From NCBI RefSeq assembly GCF_000143415.4, contig NW_003314275.1:625955-689954 (forward strand): a DNA stretch of 64,000 bases. The letters run 5' to 3'. How positions within the stretch are numbered: position 1 is the stretch's first letter; each line of letters opens with the position of its first letter. The position numbers were made by a program, and so were the translations under genes. Of the stretch, positions 22,418 to 35,768 are shown in pieces. This stretch comes from Selaginella moellendorffii (taxonomy: Eukaryota; Plantae; Lycopodiophyta). The notes under the pieces are model-generated. The model saw only the letters and a list, made by a program, of their open reading frames with translations. It did no database searches and had not been told where the DNA came from.

Positions 22418-23941
22418 GGTTATTAAAATTGGGGAAGTAATTCTCAAGTGTTCAAAAAGATGGCTTTGAACAAAAGTTAATGGTTGAGGACTTACATGCT
22501 TATGCATTAAACCATATTACACTGGTCGGGTGACTTGCTAAGCGAGATTAACAAGTCAGGGGAGCAAAGACTTTAGTTAAAGGTATTGACTCCAAAAGGG
22601 ATGGCCCATGGGGCTAAATATGCATGATCATAGACTTGTAAAATGAGAGGACTTGGCAGTTTGAAGAAACTAAGTTCCTAAACTATGATCTGTAGTGCGC
22701 ATTAAGTATAAATTGGTGCATTGGCGTAAGGAGTCATGCCAAACATTCTTAGTGATACTACTTGTAGATGCATATACGAAGGTTGGGTTTGAGTCGTAAC
22801 TCTCTAATGCTTGGGTTTGAGTCCCAACTCACTAAGGGCATGGTGATGGTTTGAAATATGAAGACACTCATTTTTCAGTGGTTATAAACTCTCAATAAGG
22901 AGATTGGTTTGAGCACACTACCAAGTGGGGGATGCCTTGAAGTCGTGATGCACAGTTAAATTGTTTAGTGTGAAAGCTTGGCATATCTAACTTGAATAAC
23001 TTTGGTGCAAGTGGCATCAAGGACATAAATGAAATAGAGACACCCAATCTCAGTTGAAATGGACCCTTAGCCAAAAAGGTTGGCTTGGGTGCATTGCCAA
23101 GTGTGGGGGATGCCCCTAGGGTCATGGTTAACAACTTAAAAGTTTGGAAAACATAATATTGATTAGCAAATCTATTAAAGTGTTAAGATGAGATCACTAA
23201 GTGATTTTATGGTTAAACAAGGATAAAACCCTTGTGACATTAAGGAATAAGGTTCTTAGTTCAAATTATTGATTTAAACTATTGGTAATAATATAACTTG
23301 GTCAAGGTGACCAAGTGGAAAGGACACGTAAGAGAAATGAGATATAGCAATACAATAGTGTTGTGAGTCCAAGAAAATAGTCTCTAAAGAAAGACCTATA
23401 CATGGGTCGCAAAATTGGCCCGTGGATAGAGCCCACAACAGATAATGCTAGAAAGAATTACTAAGGGTGAACACCTTTTGAACTTAGTGAAACAAAGCTT
23501 TTACTACAAAACCAAAAAAATATCACGAATATGGAAATAGTGATCCTAAATTGTTTAGTACAATAATCAAAGGATAGGAGTAAAAGACTAATCACCAAGA
23601 ATGGGTTATGGAAATTATTAAAAGGAATCTAAATAACAAAGTTATGTCAAGAACACTCATGTGTTGGATGCTAACAAATTATGGAAAATGAAATATGTTT
23701 TTGAAAATAAATTCCCAAATGCTCCAATTTGGCAAACGTGAAAGCTCCAAAAGATGGAGTGGCAAAATAGCCAAATGATAAAGCCATGAATAACATTAGC
23801 ATGAATTATGGATAAGTGGAATTTAGTGCCAAGGGTGGCACGAAATAAAAGTATTAGTGTGACCAACATGTGGTGGGTGATGATATAACCACTAAGGAGT
23901 CCAAGGCTAAACTTAATACGGATGGACAAATGGGGTAACTT
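22418..23941 (+). repeat. Decayed retroelement internal segment, duplicated at 29708-31232
   Basis: Near-identical 1.5-kb copies, each ending in an LTR-derived piece (…ggatggacaaatggggtaactt) joined to a kissper block. Confidence 0.88.
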
Positions 23942-25975
23942 GGTGGTGGAGCCACGTGGCAGGTTTGGCGGGCAGTTGTGTCACTGCAATTCAAAAAAAC
24001 AGGAGGGTGCTTTCAGTTCAGACATGAAGAGCATTCAATGCAAACGTTGCCTTTCCCAAAAAATTATAAAATAAAGTTTTGTTTGATCTTTGGTGAGTAC
24101 CTAAGTTGTCAAATCCTTGCTTAGAATCTGGGAATTTATTTTGATGACATGAGCAAAATTCAGAGCTCAATCTTCCCAAGACTTTTCCAAATGCTAGAGT
24201 GAGGTGATCATTGGATACACAAAGCAATTTTACTAGTACTATAGGTTACGGTAGAAATTAAGAACTGAGGTTTTTTCTGTTTATTCCCACAAGTTCCTCG
24301 TTTCTTGCCCTTTGTTCGCAACGCTCCAGACAAGGAGTGATTTTTGGAGGGAAGCTTGCAACTTCAAGCTAACCAGACAAGAACTATCTCATATGGTCAC
24401 TTTGCCTTAACAAATATTCCTAGAATATTCAGTTATATTTTAGGAACAAAATTTTATACTTTAATTCTTTTATAATCCTGGTCTACTTAGAATTATATAC
24501 CTCAATCTTATTTCATGCTTCTGCACCATACCCAAAAGTATATATGGTTTTTAGAAAAACTAAAGGTGAAAAGAATATATCATGAATATCCAAGTATATC
24601 CTATACCTCAATCTAATGATTGATTTTCTTATTAGTTATTTAGATAACCACCTAATAAACACCAAAAACCATTCCGGTGATTAAGTGGTTATTCCATTTT
24701 TCCCTGAAAATGGCAGGTAGGCAGTACATTTCTCCATTATACATATCAGGTTTTAATTTGTATACCTAAGAAAGTTCAAAATGCCTAATTAAGTAAATAA
24801 GGAGAGCCCTAGTTTTAGTAAGAATATTACTATCAAATCAAAGTAAAATACTTCTCTATAGTTCTTTGTATTGAATAATTTCTTTCAAATATTCCCAGAA
24901 AACTCTATGCCTATGATAATATAAAATTTATTCTAATTATATAATATAAAATATACAACTTGTTTATAATGCTAAATGTATAGCTTGTACTAATTAATAT
25001 CTTTTTTTTATTTGTGCAACTTCTTTTGTTCATATTATTAAGGACAGAATGTAAATATTCTTGATAGTTCTTAGGGTAATCATTCAAAAGTTACATGTTA
25101 GTTTTAAGAAGAATCATTTATATTAATTATGTAATTACTTTCGTATTTAAAGACAATTAGGTTACTTTATAGTATATTATCTATTCTCATTTTATTTCTT
25201 ACTTATGGCTAGAAAAAATGTTCTATATATTATGACTTTACTTTTTCTTTTTATATTAACTTTTATTTTTATAGCTAAAAGTGCACCACTTAAAACATGT
25301 GGTGAACATTGTGAAACAGATGATGAATGCAAGGATCAAATTGCATGTGTTGATAAAATTTGCCAAGATGATCCAGATATGAATACTAATCTTTGTCCAA
25401 ATATAGGTAAGAAAATTTCACCACCTCCATTTGATACTTTATCTCCTCCTGATGAGGATTTAACTCCTCCCAATTTTAAATAAATGTAATGCTAAAAACC
25501 TTACTAAATAAAATAAAATAAAGTAAAAATTATGTTATTCAAGTTAGTGTATTGATTGGTGCAATTTTGTTATGCATGTTGCTTTAGATTATTTATATCA
25601 GATATCTTTTAAAAAATTCAAGGAATTTAAAATTGATTATTTTGTGAAATTTTCTTTTAAAATGTACTAAATTATAATTCAATCCTAATAATAATAATTT
25701 TTTAGCTAATTTAAAATTTTGGTATATCTTGAATATTTTAAAAAACACTTCAATCTCAAAATTGTGAATTTTCCACTATTAAACCTTCTCTAATTCATTG
25801 ATAATCACTTAGTTAATAATATTACAAATTTTTTCAAATTTCCTCTCAATTCTCAATTTAGGACCAACCACCCTTCTGACCTTATGAATTTACCAAACTC
25901 TAAAAGTTTATTACATTAGTTTCATATATTAGTTTTTTTATAGCTATAGTTTTATTAATTTTAATACAAGTTTTA
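23942..25975 (+). repeat. Segmental repeat block, copy 2
   Basis: Colinear with 16705-18800. Confidence 0.92.
25205..25483 (+). CDS. Secreted cysteine-rich peptide, kissper-like domain only (92 aa), copy 2
   Basis: Intact ORF; mature region identical in protein to copy 1. Confidence 0.8.
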   Translation: MARKNVLYIMTLLFLFILTFIFIAKSAPLKTCGEHCETDDECKDQIACVDKICQDDPDMNTNLCPNIGKKISPPPFDTLSPPDEDLTPPNFK

Positions 25976-26195
25976 GTAACTCAGGATAAGCAAAGCCCTG
26001 GAAGCTAGCCTCAAACGATACCATGCCTACGAGAGTGCCAAGAGCAGTGAAGACTAGACTATAGCAATCCTGGAGAATGCATTTCTGACCTAGTTTTTGG
26101 GGCAGAAAGCACCATTGAAATAAGCTGTAATCATAGGAGTGTCCTCTTCTCATATACAAGAATGGATGAACTAAATTTAGTTTAAATGAATAATC

Positions 26196-29100
26196 TGTGA
26201 GACAAAAATCCTTAAGCCCCAAAGTGGAGAAAAAAAGTACCACATGGTAGTGGTCGAAATGAAAGTCTAATAAACATAACATATTTGGACTAAAGGCTCT
26301 GATTTGAAAAATCAAGAGTAAGAATGCAACTCTAGAAAAAGTGCTTGAGGAATGAGCATGAAATAATTGGTGAATGAGTATCTAAAAAAGGACATAAGGA
26401 GGATTGACATATGGCAAGTGTCATAATGCATGGAAGAGTCTGAAAAGGAGTTTGAGAAAGAATCTGAGATAAAGTCCAAAATGGAGTACAAAATGGAGTC
26501 TGAGAAAGAATTTAAGATGGAGTTCAAGGAGTTTGAGATAGAGTCCAATATAGACCCAAGATAGAGTCTGATATGAACCTGAGATGGAGTTTAATATGGA
26601 CCCGAGATGGACCCGAGATGGAGTGTAATATGGACCCAAGATGGAGTTTAAGATGGAGTTCAAGATGGATCTTATGAGATGGACCCGAGATGGAGTGTAA
26701 TATGGACCCAAGATGGAGTTTAAAATGGAGTTCAAGATGGATCTTATGAGATGGACCCGAGATGGAATTTGAGATGCACCGGAGATGGAGTTTGAGGTCA
26801 AGTCCAAGATGGACCTTAAATGGAGTCTAAGGTTGAGGCCGAGAAAGAGACTGAGACTGAGATTGAGATTGAGACCAAGACTAAGATCGAGACCGAGTTC
26901 GAGACCAAGTTCAAGAATAAGTCTAAGTTTGAGTTTGAGTCTAAGTCTGAACTCAAGGGTGAAAGCCCAAAGCGATTGTCTCCTAGACCCTGAGGGGTTT
27001 GGTGAGCTAAAAGTATAATAAGGGGACAACTCTAATAGAGCCAATTTAGCTAGGAAAGGCTAATATGACCAAGAAATGTTATACCCACTCGGTGGGTGAT
27101 AATATAACCATTAAGGAGTCAAATAAAGATGGACAAATGGGGTAATTTAATAAAGTGTTTAAGAGTTAGCTTTAGCTCTTCCAAAAGATCAAATGGTCAA
27201 TGCTCCAATCCAAGTGTGAGTGGCACTACTTACTTAGATACTTGGTGTGGCTCATCAAAACCTTATTCTAGCCACATGGATAGGGCACCTAAAGGCACAA
27301 GATGGAGAGAGTACTCACAAGGCTTGTGTAAGAGCATAGTGTTTTAAAATGTTATCCTAAAGTTCTAGATTGTGGAAAGGAAGAGGAACAATCTTCTTGT
27401 GTAGTAACCAAGGATGCAATCATATGGCAAGTAAATCCCAAAGGTTAATAGGATGTAGTGGTTGGCCCTCGGGCCCTGACACAATAGTAATGTTAGTGAA
27501 CACGGCCGAGGACGAAGAAGAACTTGGTGTGGACTGAAAAAGGAATGTTGGGGAAAGTTGTTCCTCATGTTTTTAGCCATCCTAAGAATGTTAAGAAGTG
27601 GTTCTGGGATGACCATTCATGGATGGATGGCTTAATATTTGAGAGATAGGACTATGGCATAAGTGGCCTAGAACTACCAATGAGACAAAGATAAATGGAC
27701 ATGGCTTTAATATAACATACTGATATATTAAAAGTACCTTTGGTGTTTTGATCATGGGATCAAATACGTAGAGTACTTAAATCAAGTGCAAAGACTGAGT
27801 CTCGAAGTTTGGCATATGACTTATGGAGGTTGTGAGTGAGACTCCTCCAAATGGTCGAAAGTGTAGTTAAAAATTTAAAGCAAAGTGAAAATTTTAGTTA
27901 TTTACAATTTGATATCAAAGTTATTCTTTAGTCTGACTCTTATTAGTGGTTGAGTATATCACCACTCATATTGGCATCGGAAGGCCTTAAGAGTGGGCCT
28001 ATTCTCAAAGAGTAGCATGTCTAAATGGCATGACTCTCTACTTTAGTGCATATGCAAACATGTAAGATGTGATGGANNNNNNNNNNNNNNNNNNNNNNNN
28101 NNNNNNNNNNNNNNNNNNNNNNNNNNNNNNNNNNNNNNNNNNNNNNNNNNNNNNNNNNNNNNNNNNNNNNNNNNNNTCAAATGTTAGAGTAACACTTGCA
28201 AAGATGATCTTTATGAGTAAGACATAAATACAAGAAGTTGTATTCTAGCGAGTTGGCATATCAAAAGTAGTCATGAGGTTCAGACTTTACGGGTTATCAA
28301 ATTAACAAAGTTTAAAAGATAAATGACTCAAGTGAAGTTAAGGAATAGTCTTAAAGGATTGGTGGAAACATTTGGATTAAGGTGTATTGTACCCTATGAA
28401 GGATAGGGAGGATCATGAGATCCAAGTATGGGTATCTCATTAATGCTAGAATGTGCTATATTAAAGTCATGGGAAAGGTGTTTTCGGAAAAAAATAACTT
28501 TGGCACAGAGTTATATATGAACACTATAAAGCAATGCTAACTAGTAGTTGGTATAAAAAATGACTAGTTTGATTTTGATAAGACCTAGACACAAGTGGAA
28601 AGTGTTATTAAAATAGGATTAAAAAGCCAATAGGGTGAAGACCCCAAATGTCCCAAAGGATAATTTCATGAGAACCCCTTGTTAAAGGAACCCTAATGAA
28701 AACAATACCTTAGATATGGTAGAATTCAAGTCTTGGTAAAAGTGTAGAAGTATCAGCAATGAGTTGTAAAATATAATACTTATAAAGCAATTAAACAAAG
28801 GTTGAAAATGATTTGCTGGAATAGTGGGAGTTAACTTCTAGAGACTTCTTGGTTAGATAAAAAAAGAGGTTAAATACATTCTTTAAGGGATAGTATGCTT
28901 ATGTTGCGATATAGTGAGTTTGTATCAATAAGAAACATTCATTGTTGGGAAATTCTATCACGAAAACATATAATCATTTTAAAAACACCAAAGAAGTGAC
29001 GTTTGGGTATTAAAGGGGCATTAGATAAGACCCAAAAGATGAAGTCTCTAAAGAAGAATGGATATAAACTACTATCTAATATCCAAGGTTGACAAAGACA

Positions 29101-31232
29101 AGATAAGTTTAACTATCCAAAGTGGATCAAACTAAAAGGATTTTTGCATGGCTAGCAATGAGTATAAAGAAGCTTATGTATAGCAACATTAATCTTGATG
29201 TGTGGGATTATATAGTAAACATATCCAAATTAAAGAACCACTCCCTAAATCATTAAGTAAATTCATCCTTAAAAATACTTGCTAATGCATGGTTGAAAGG
29301 GCAAAGCTACCCTTCTAGTTAGGAAGAGAATAATTAAAGGGAACATATAAAGCCAAAATCAAGTAGTAAAGGGATAGAATTGAACCATAAAAATCAAAGA
29401 GTATAACCAAGGGTAATTATATAAGTTGGGAGTGGAAAATCAAGTGGTGCTCGAAAGTGTTGCTATTGGCAACTATAATGCCATAAAGACTCTAAAGTAT
29501 AAAATTGTTAATGTTAGACTATATGGCAATTAAAAGACATGTAAAAAGAAAGGTATTAGCAAAATAAAGAACAGAGTCCTTTTGAGGTTCTCAAAGACAA
29601 TTTTAGGTATGTTAATACTTAGAATGATAAATATAAATGTTTTATAAAAATGAGTGAAATCAAATTGGTATAGCGAAAACATGGTATTGAAGCTTGCCAT
29701 GAGATGAGGTTATCAAAATTGGGGAAGTAATTCTCAAGTGTTCAAAAAGATGGCTTTGAACAAAAGTTAATGGTTGAGGACTTACATGCTTATGCATTAA
29801 ACCATATTACGCTGGTCGGGTGACTTGCTAAGCGAGATTAACAAGTCAGGGGAGCAAAGACTTTAGTTAAAGGTATTGACTCCAAAAGGGATGGCCTATG
29901 GGGCTAAATATGCATGATCATAGACTTGTTAAATGAGAGGACTTGGCAGTTTGAAGAAACTAAATTCCTAAACTATGATCTGTAGTGCGCATTAAGTATA
30001 AATTGGTGCACTGGCGTAAAGAGTCACGCCAAAACATTCTTAGTGATACTATTTATAGATGTATATACGAAGGTTGGGTTTGAGTCGTAACTCTCTAATG
30101 CTTGGGTTTGAGTCCCAACTCACTAAGGGCATGGTGATGGTTTGAAATATGAAGACACTCATTTTTCAGTGGTTATAAACTCTCAATAAGGAGATTGGTT
30201 TGAGCACACTACCAAGTGGGGGATGCCTTGAAGTCGTGATGCACAGTTAAATTGTTTAGTGTGAAAGCTTGGCATATCTAACTTGAATAACTTTGGTGCA
30301 AGTGGCATCAAGGACATAGATGAAATAGAGACACCCAATCTCAATTGAAATGGACCCTTAGCCAAAAAGGTTGGCTTGGGTGCATTGCCAAGTGTGGGGG
30401 ATGCCCTTAAGGTCATGGTTAACAACTTAAAAGTTTAGAAAACGTAATATTGATTAGCAAATCTATTAAAGTGTTAAGATGAGATCACTAAGTGATTTTA
30501 TGGTTAAACAAGGATAAAACCCTTGTGACATTAAGGAATAAGGTTCCTAGTTCAAATTATTGATTTAAACTATTGGTAATAATATAACTTGGTCAAGATG
30601 ACCAAGTGGAAAGGACACATAAGAGAAATGAGTTATAGCAATACAATAGTGTTGTGAGTCCAAGAAAATAGTCTCTAAAGAAAGACTTATACATGGGTCG
30701 CAAAATTGGCCCGTGGATAGAGCCCACAACAGATAATGCTGGAAAGAATTACTAAGGGTGAACACCTTTTGGACTTAGTGAAACAAAGCTTTTACTACGA
30801 AACCAAAAAGATATCACGAATATGGAAGTAGTGATCCTAAATTGTTTAGTACAATAATCAAAGGATAGGAGTAAAAGACTAATCACCAAGAATGGGTTAT
30901 GGAAATTATTAAAAGGAATCTAAATAACAAAGTTATGTCAAGAACACTCATGTGTTGGATGCTAACAAATTATGGAAAATGAAATATGTTTTTGAAAATA
31001 AATTCTCAAATGCTCGAATTTGGCAAACGTGAAAGCTCCAAAAGATGGAGTGGCAAAATAGCCAAATGATAAAGCCATGAATAACATTAGCATGAATTAT
31101 GGATAAGTGGAATTTAGTGCCAAGGGTGGCACGAAATAAAAGTATTAGTGTGACCAACACGTGGTGGGTGATGATATAACCACTAAGGAGTCCAAGGCTA
31201 AAGTCAATATGGATGGACAAATGGGGTAACTT
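26196..31232 (+). mobile_element. Decayed LTR retrotransposon: 5' LTR 26196-27906, degenerate PBS, internal region without intact ORFs
   Basis: TGTGAG...TTTACA LTR (1711 bp) homologous to the solo LTR, followed by ttgatatcaaag (decayed TGGTATCAGAGC). Purine-rich internal sequence with many stops; superfamily not assignable by eye. Confidence 0.8.
28077..28176. other. Assembly gap (100 N)
   Basis: Run of n. Confidence 1.
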
Positions 31233-32805
31233 GGTGGTGGAGCCACGTGGTGGGTTTGGTGGGCAGTCGTGTCACTGCAATTCAAAAAAACAGGAGGGTG
31301 CTTTCAGTTTAGACATGAAGAGCATTCAATGCAAACGCTGCCTTTCCCAAAAAATTATAAAATAAAGATTTAAAAGCAACGTTCTGTTTGATCGTTGGTG
31401 AGTACCTAAGTTGTCAAATCCTTGCTTAGAATCTGGGAATTTATTTTGATGACATGAGCAAAATTCAGAGCTCAATCTTCCCAAGACTTTTCCAAATGCC
31501 AGAGTGAGGTGATCATTGGATACACAAAGCAATTTTACTAGTACTATAGGTTACGGTAGAAATTAAGAACCGAGGTTTTTTCTGTTTATTCCCACAAGTT
31601 CCTCATTTCTTGCCCTTTGTTCGCAACGCTCCAAACAAGGAGTGATTTTTGGAGGGAAGTTTGCAACTTCAAGCTAACCAGACAAGAACTATCTCATATG
31701 GTCACTTTGTCTTAACGAATATTCCTAGTTATATTTTAGGAACAAAATTTTATACTTTAATTCTTTTATAATCCTGGTCTACTTAGAATTATATACCTCA
31801 ATCTTATTTCATGCTTCTACACCATACCCAAAAGTATATATGGTTTTTAGAAAAACTAAAGGTGAAAAGAATATATCACGAATATCCAAGTATATCCTAT
31901 ACCTCAATCTAATGATTGATTTTCTTATTAGTTATTTAGATAACCACCTAATAAACACCAAAAACCATTCCGGTGATTAAGTGGTTATTCCATTTTTCCC
32001 TGAAAATGGCAGGTAGGCAGTACATTTCTCCATTATACATGTCAGGTTTTAATTTGTATACCTAAGAAAGTTCAAAATGCAAATATTCCCAGAAAACTCT
32101 ATGCCTATGATAATATAAAATTTATTCTAATTATATAATATAAAATATACAACTTGTTTATAATGCTAAATGTATAGCTTGTACTAATTAATATCTTTTT
32201 TTTATTTGTGCAACTTCTTTTGTTCATATTATTAAGGACAGAATGTAAATATTCTTGATAGTTCTTAGGGTAATCATTCAAAAGTTACATGATAGTTTTA
32301 AGAAGAATCATTTATATTAATTATGTAATTACTTTTGTATTTAAAGACAATTAGGTTACTTTATAGTATATTATCTATTCTCATTTTATTTCTTACTTAT
32401 GGCTAGAAAAAATGTTCTATATATTATGATTTTACTTTTTCTTTTTATATTAACTTTTATTTTTATAGCTAAAAGTGCACCACTTAAAACATGTGGTGAA
32501 CATTGTGAAACAGATGATGAATGCAAGGATCAAATTGCATGTGTTGATAAAATTTGCCAAGATGATCCAGATATGAATACTAATCTTTGTCCAAATATAG
32601 GTAAGAAAATTTCACCACCTCCATTTGATACTTTATCTCCTCCTGATGAGGATTTAACTCCTCCCAATTTTAAATAAATGTAATGCTAAAAACCTTACCA
32701 AATAAAATAAAATAAAGTAAAAATTATGTTATTCAAGTTAGTGTATTGATTGGTGCAATTTTGTTATGCATGTTGCTTTAGATGATTTATATCAAATAAC
32801 TTTTA
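31233..32805 (+). repeat. Segmental repeat block, copy 3 (internal deletion near 32080, 3' truncated)
   Basis: Shares copy-2-specific indels; joined at about 32810 to an LTR fragment. Confidence 0.9.
32399..32677 (+). CDS. Secreted cysteine-rich peptide, kissper-like domain only (92 aa), copy 3
   Basis: Intact ORF; differs from copy 2 by one residue (T to I) in the signal peptide. Confidence 0.8.
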   Translation: MARKNVLYIMILLFLFILTFIFIAKSAPLKTCGEHCETDDECKDQIACVDKICQDDPDMNTNLCPNIGKKISPPPFDTLSPPDEDLTPPNFK

Positions 32806-32809
32806 AGAA

Positions 32810-33344
32810 AGCCATGGTGTTTTGAAATGTTGTCCCAAAGTCTTAGACTATAGAAAAGGAGAGTAGTAACCAAGGATGCAATTATATAGCAAGGAAGTCC
32901 CAAAGGTTAATGGGATGTAATGGTTGGGCCTTTAGGCCCTAACCCAATGGTAGTGTTGGCAAACATAACTAGGGACAAAAAGAGATTTGGTGGGGACTGA
33001 AAAAGAGATGTTGGGGAAAGTTGTTCCCCATGTCTTTGGGCATTCTAAGGATACTAAAGAGTAATTTTAAAATGACCACTCATAAACGAATGATTTAGTC
33101 TTTGAAAGATGGGACTATGGCACAGATGATCTAAAATTACCAATAAGACAGGGTAAATGGACATAGTTTTAGTATAACATGTTGATATATTGGTAGTACC
33201 TTTAGGGTGTCAATCATAAGATTGAATACGTGAAGCATTTGGACCAAATGCAAAGTTAAGTGGCATAGATGCCATCCATGGGGCTAATAAGTCCTTAAGT
33301 CTAGAATAAGACTTATAAAGGTTGTAAATGAAACTCTCCCAAGT
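32810..33344 (+). mobile_element. 3'-half LTR fragment of the same family
   Basis: Colinear with 20260-20340 + 20939-21410 and with 27330-27850; lacks the Cassandra insertion (aaccaaggatgcaa). Confidence 0.8.
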
Positions 33345-33347
33345 ATA

Positions 33348-33382
<35 letters not shown>

Positions 33383-33389
33383 GTATATA
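33344..33389. repeat. (TG)n/(TA)n microsatellite
   Basis: Directly visible. Confidence 0.9.
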
Positions 33390-35089
33390 CCTTATACCAT
33401 CCTCAATAGAAAAGATGATGATGATAGGTCAAGTGGAATATTTATATCTTCTACTGGACAACTATAAATTACTACAAAAACTTAAAGTTCTTACAAAATC
33501 ACTTATATAATTGTTAAGAACCATGAGAAAAACAAAACCCAAAGTCATTGTATAAATATCAATCGATAACAAAATCCCAATAAATCAATTGCAACTCTGT
33601 GTGCTACTACCAAAAACTTAAACCATCCTTGAAGCCATAAACTTTACAATTCAAAAGCCATTATAATCCACAAAACACTCTTGTAGCAAATAATATATCA
33701 TGTCTTTAAGGTTGCATGTTAGCTTTCTTTTGAGACTATTATTAACTCAGACTCAAATTTATCATTAGAACTGACCTTTATATATTTTCTTTTGTTAAAT
33801 TCTAAAACTTATGTTAACTTAAAATTCACAATCTTTATCCTTCCTTATATAAGAGGTTGGATTCAGTCCATTTGTTTTCCACATGCTCTTTATCCCTTTA
33901 TCTAGGGAAAAATGTTTTTGAAACTTCAATTCTATTTAAATTCACAACATTTATCCTTTCCTTACTCCATTATCACATCCATTTGGCCTCATTATATTGA
34001 GGTTTAATGTCCTATTTGGACTAATTATGCTCATTGTCAATTTATAATCTATATCATTCATATTTGCTTCACTAACATATCCAGTCATCCTCACTCCAAC
34101 ATTAGCATTGAACTCTTATTCATCCCCTTTACCCCCTTCTCTGAAGAAAAAAAAATGTTTGAAACATCAAAGTAAATAGGAGAAAGCAATAAAAAATGAG
34201 CAAAAAACATTGTGGAAAAAATAGAAGTGGATAAGGAAGCATCAAAAGAGGATTTTTTAGTAGCTATTAAAGCAAAAATAAGAAAGTGCAAAAAAACATG
34301 TGTTAAAAGCTTAAATAACAAAGGACCTCTTATTATAAAATACTCAAAAAATTTGTATAATAGAGAATATTTTTTATAAAATACTTTGATCATCACTAAA
34401 TAAATAAAAAACTTATACCACTCAACCTCTTCCATATAAACTCAACACTTTAAATAAGAAACCAATAAAATAAGTCCATACCCTCAAAAGAATATAAAAA
34501 CTCTTTAGTAATGATGGTAAAACAAAGATTTTCAATGACACTCACCACCTAGGAAAACATACTCTACCTAAAACTTTGATAAAAATGACTCGACCCTTAG
34601 AAAAGGGGAACACTCAAAATCAAATTCTAAAGAAATGATCAAAAACTCTATAAAAGAAATAAATATAAGATTTTTAGCTACATATACACTCTTAAGAAAA
34701 GGATAAAGAACATTTAACTCAACATTGGATTGAGAATAAGAATTATCAAATGGTAAATTAAAGGATTTACACCTACTTTGCAAAATTTCTAATTCATCTT
34801 TAAAGTTATCTTTAATATCACAATCATACTCCACATTAGTGAGAGTTGGTAGGACACCAAGAGTAGAAAAAGTCATATAATCATGTCTTATAGAAATTCA
34901 ATACGGCAATACACAAAGAATTGGAGTAACCAATATAATTATGTTGCATAGCACTAAAAGCTTGATCCATCTACAACTTAAAGCTTTGACCTTCAGGAAG
35001 AAATTATAATACCCCTTTTGTCCACCAATATGAGTATTTAGTATATTAATTAGGGCTTAAACAGAATAAATATTATTATAATTCCTAAT

Positions 35090-35148
35090 ACACACACACA
35101 CACACAGATATATATATCTGTGTGTGTGTGTGTGTGTATGTGTGTGTG
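35090..35148. repeat. (CA)n-GATATATATATC-(TG)n palindromic microsatellite
   Basis: Perfect inverted repeat of about 46 bp centred near 35112. Confidence 0.9.
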
Positions 35149-35484
35149 AACCTTATAATTTATTATTAATAATAATAAAATAAAAATAAATGTAATATAT
35201 TTTATTTATTATGTAGGTGTTTTAGTTTTAATAGTTAAGTAAAGAGTGCTGAGTTTTTTCCCATAAATTCTAAATTATAATATAATACCATTATTAAAAT
35301 TCAATATAAAATGTTAAAATAATTTTCCAAAAACATTTATAAAAAATATATATAATTCACAAATTTAAATTAATTTTAAGATGGATATTGTAGAAAACTC
35401 TACTCTTGAAGACTAAAAATGAATTAGAATGTAATGCTATAGGGTCTTTTGTCAACTTCAGGACCATTTATGCTCAAGCTCTGT

Positions 35485-35768
35485 AACATAGCTTTTGATC
35501 CTTCATTTAGTAAAATGGACTTGTTCTCAAAAAAATATGTGTAACTTTTAAATCATTGAACCTATCTATGAATGTTCCTTTTTTACACCAAGCTCATGAT
35601 CCTTCATTTACTAAACTGGACTTGTTCTCAAAAAACATGATTGAGCCTATCTGGATATTCCTTTTTAACACCAAGCTCTTGATCTTTCATTTACTAAAAT
35701 GTCAAAAAACATGTATAACTTTTAAATCATTGAGCCTATCTATGAATGTTCCTTTTTAACACCAAGCT
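35485..35768 (+). repeat. Degenerate tandem repeat, about 85-100 bp units x3
   Basis: Recurring 'tgatccttcatttactaaa' and 'attgagcctatctatgaatgttccttttt-acaccaagct'. Confidence 0.75.

Noticed and set aside
22892-31532. Duplicated short minus-strand ORFs (MLTMTL..., MSI..., MLCVSNDH...)
   Set aside because: Conserved only because the DNA is recently duplicated; non-ATG starts and no protein features.
33400-35050. ORFs 34091-34435 and 34568-34876, possible decayed LINE or retroelement
   Set aside because: Low-complexity AT-rich translations with no RT, RNase H or integrase motif recognisable.
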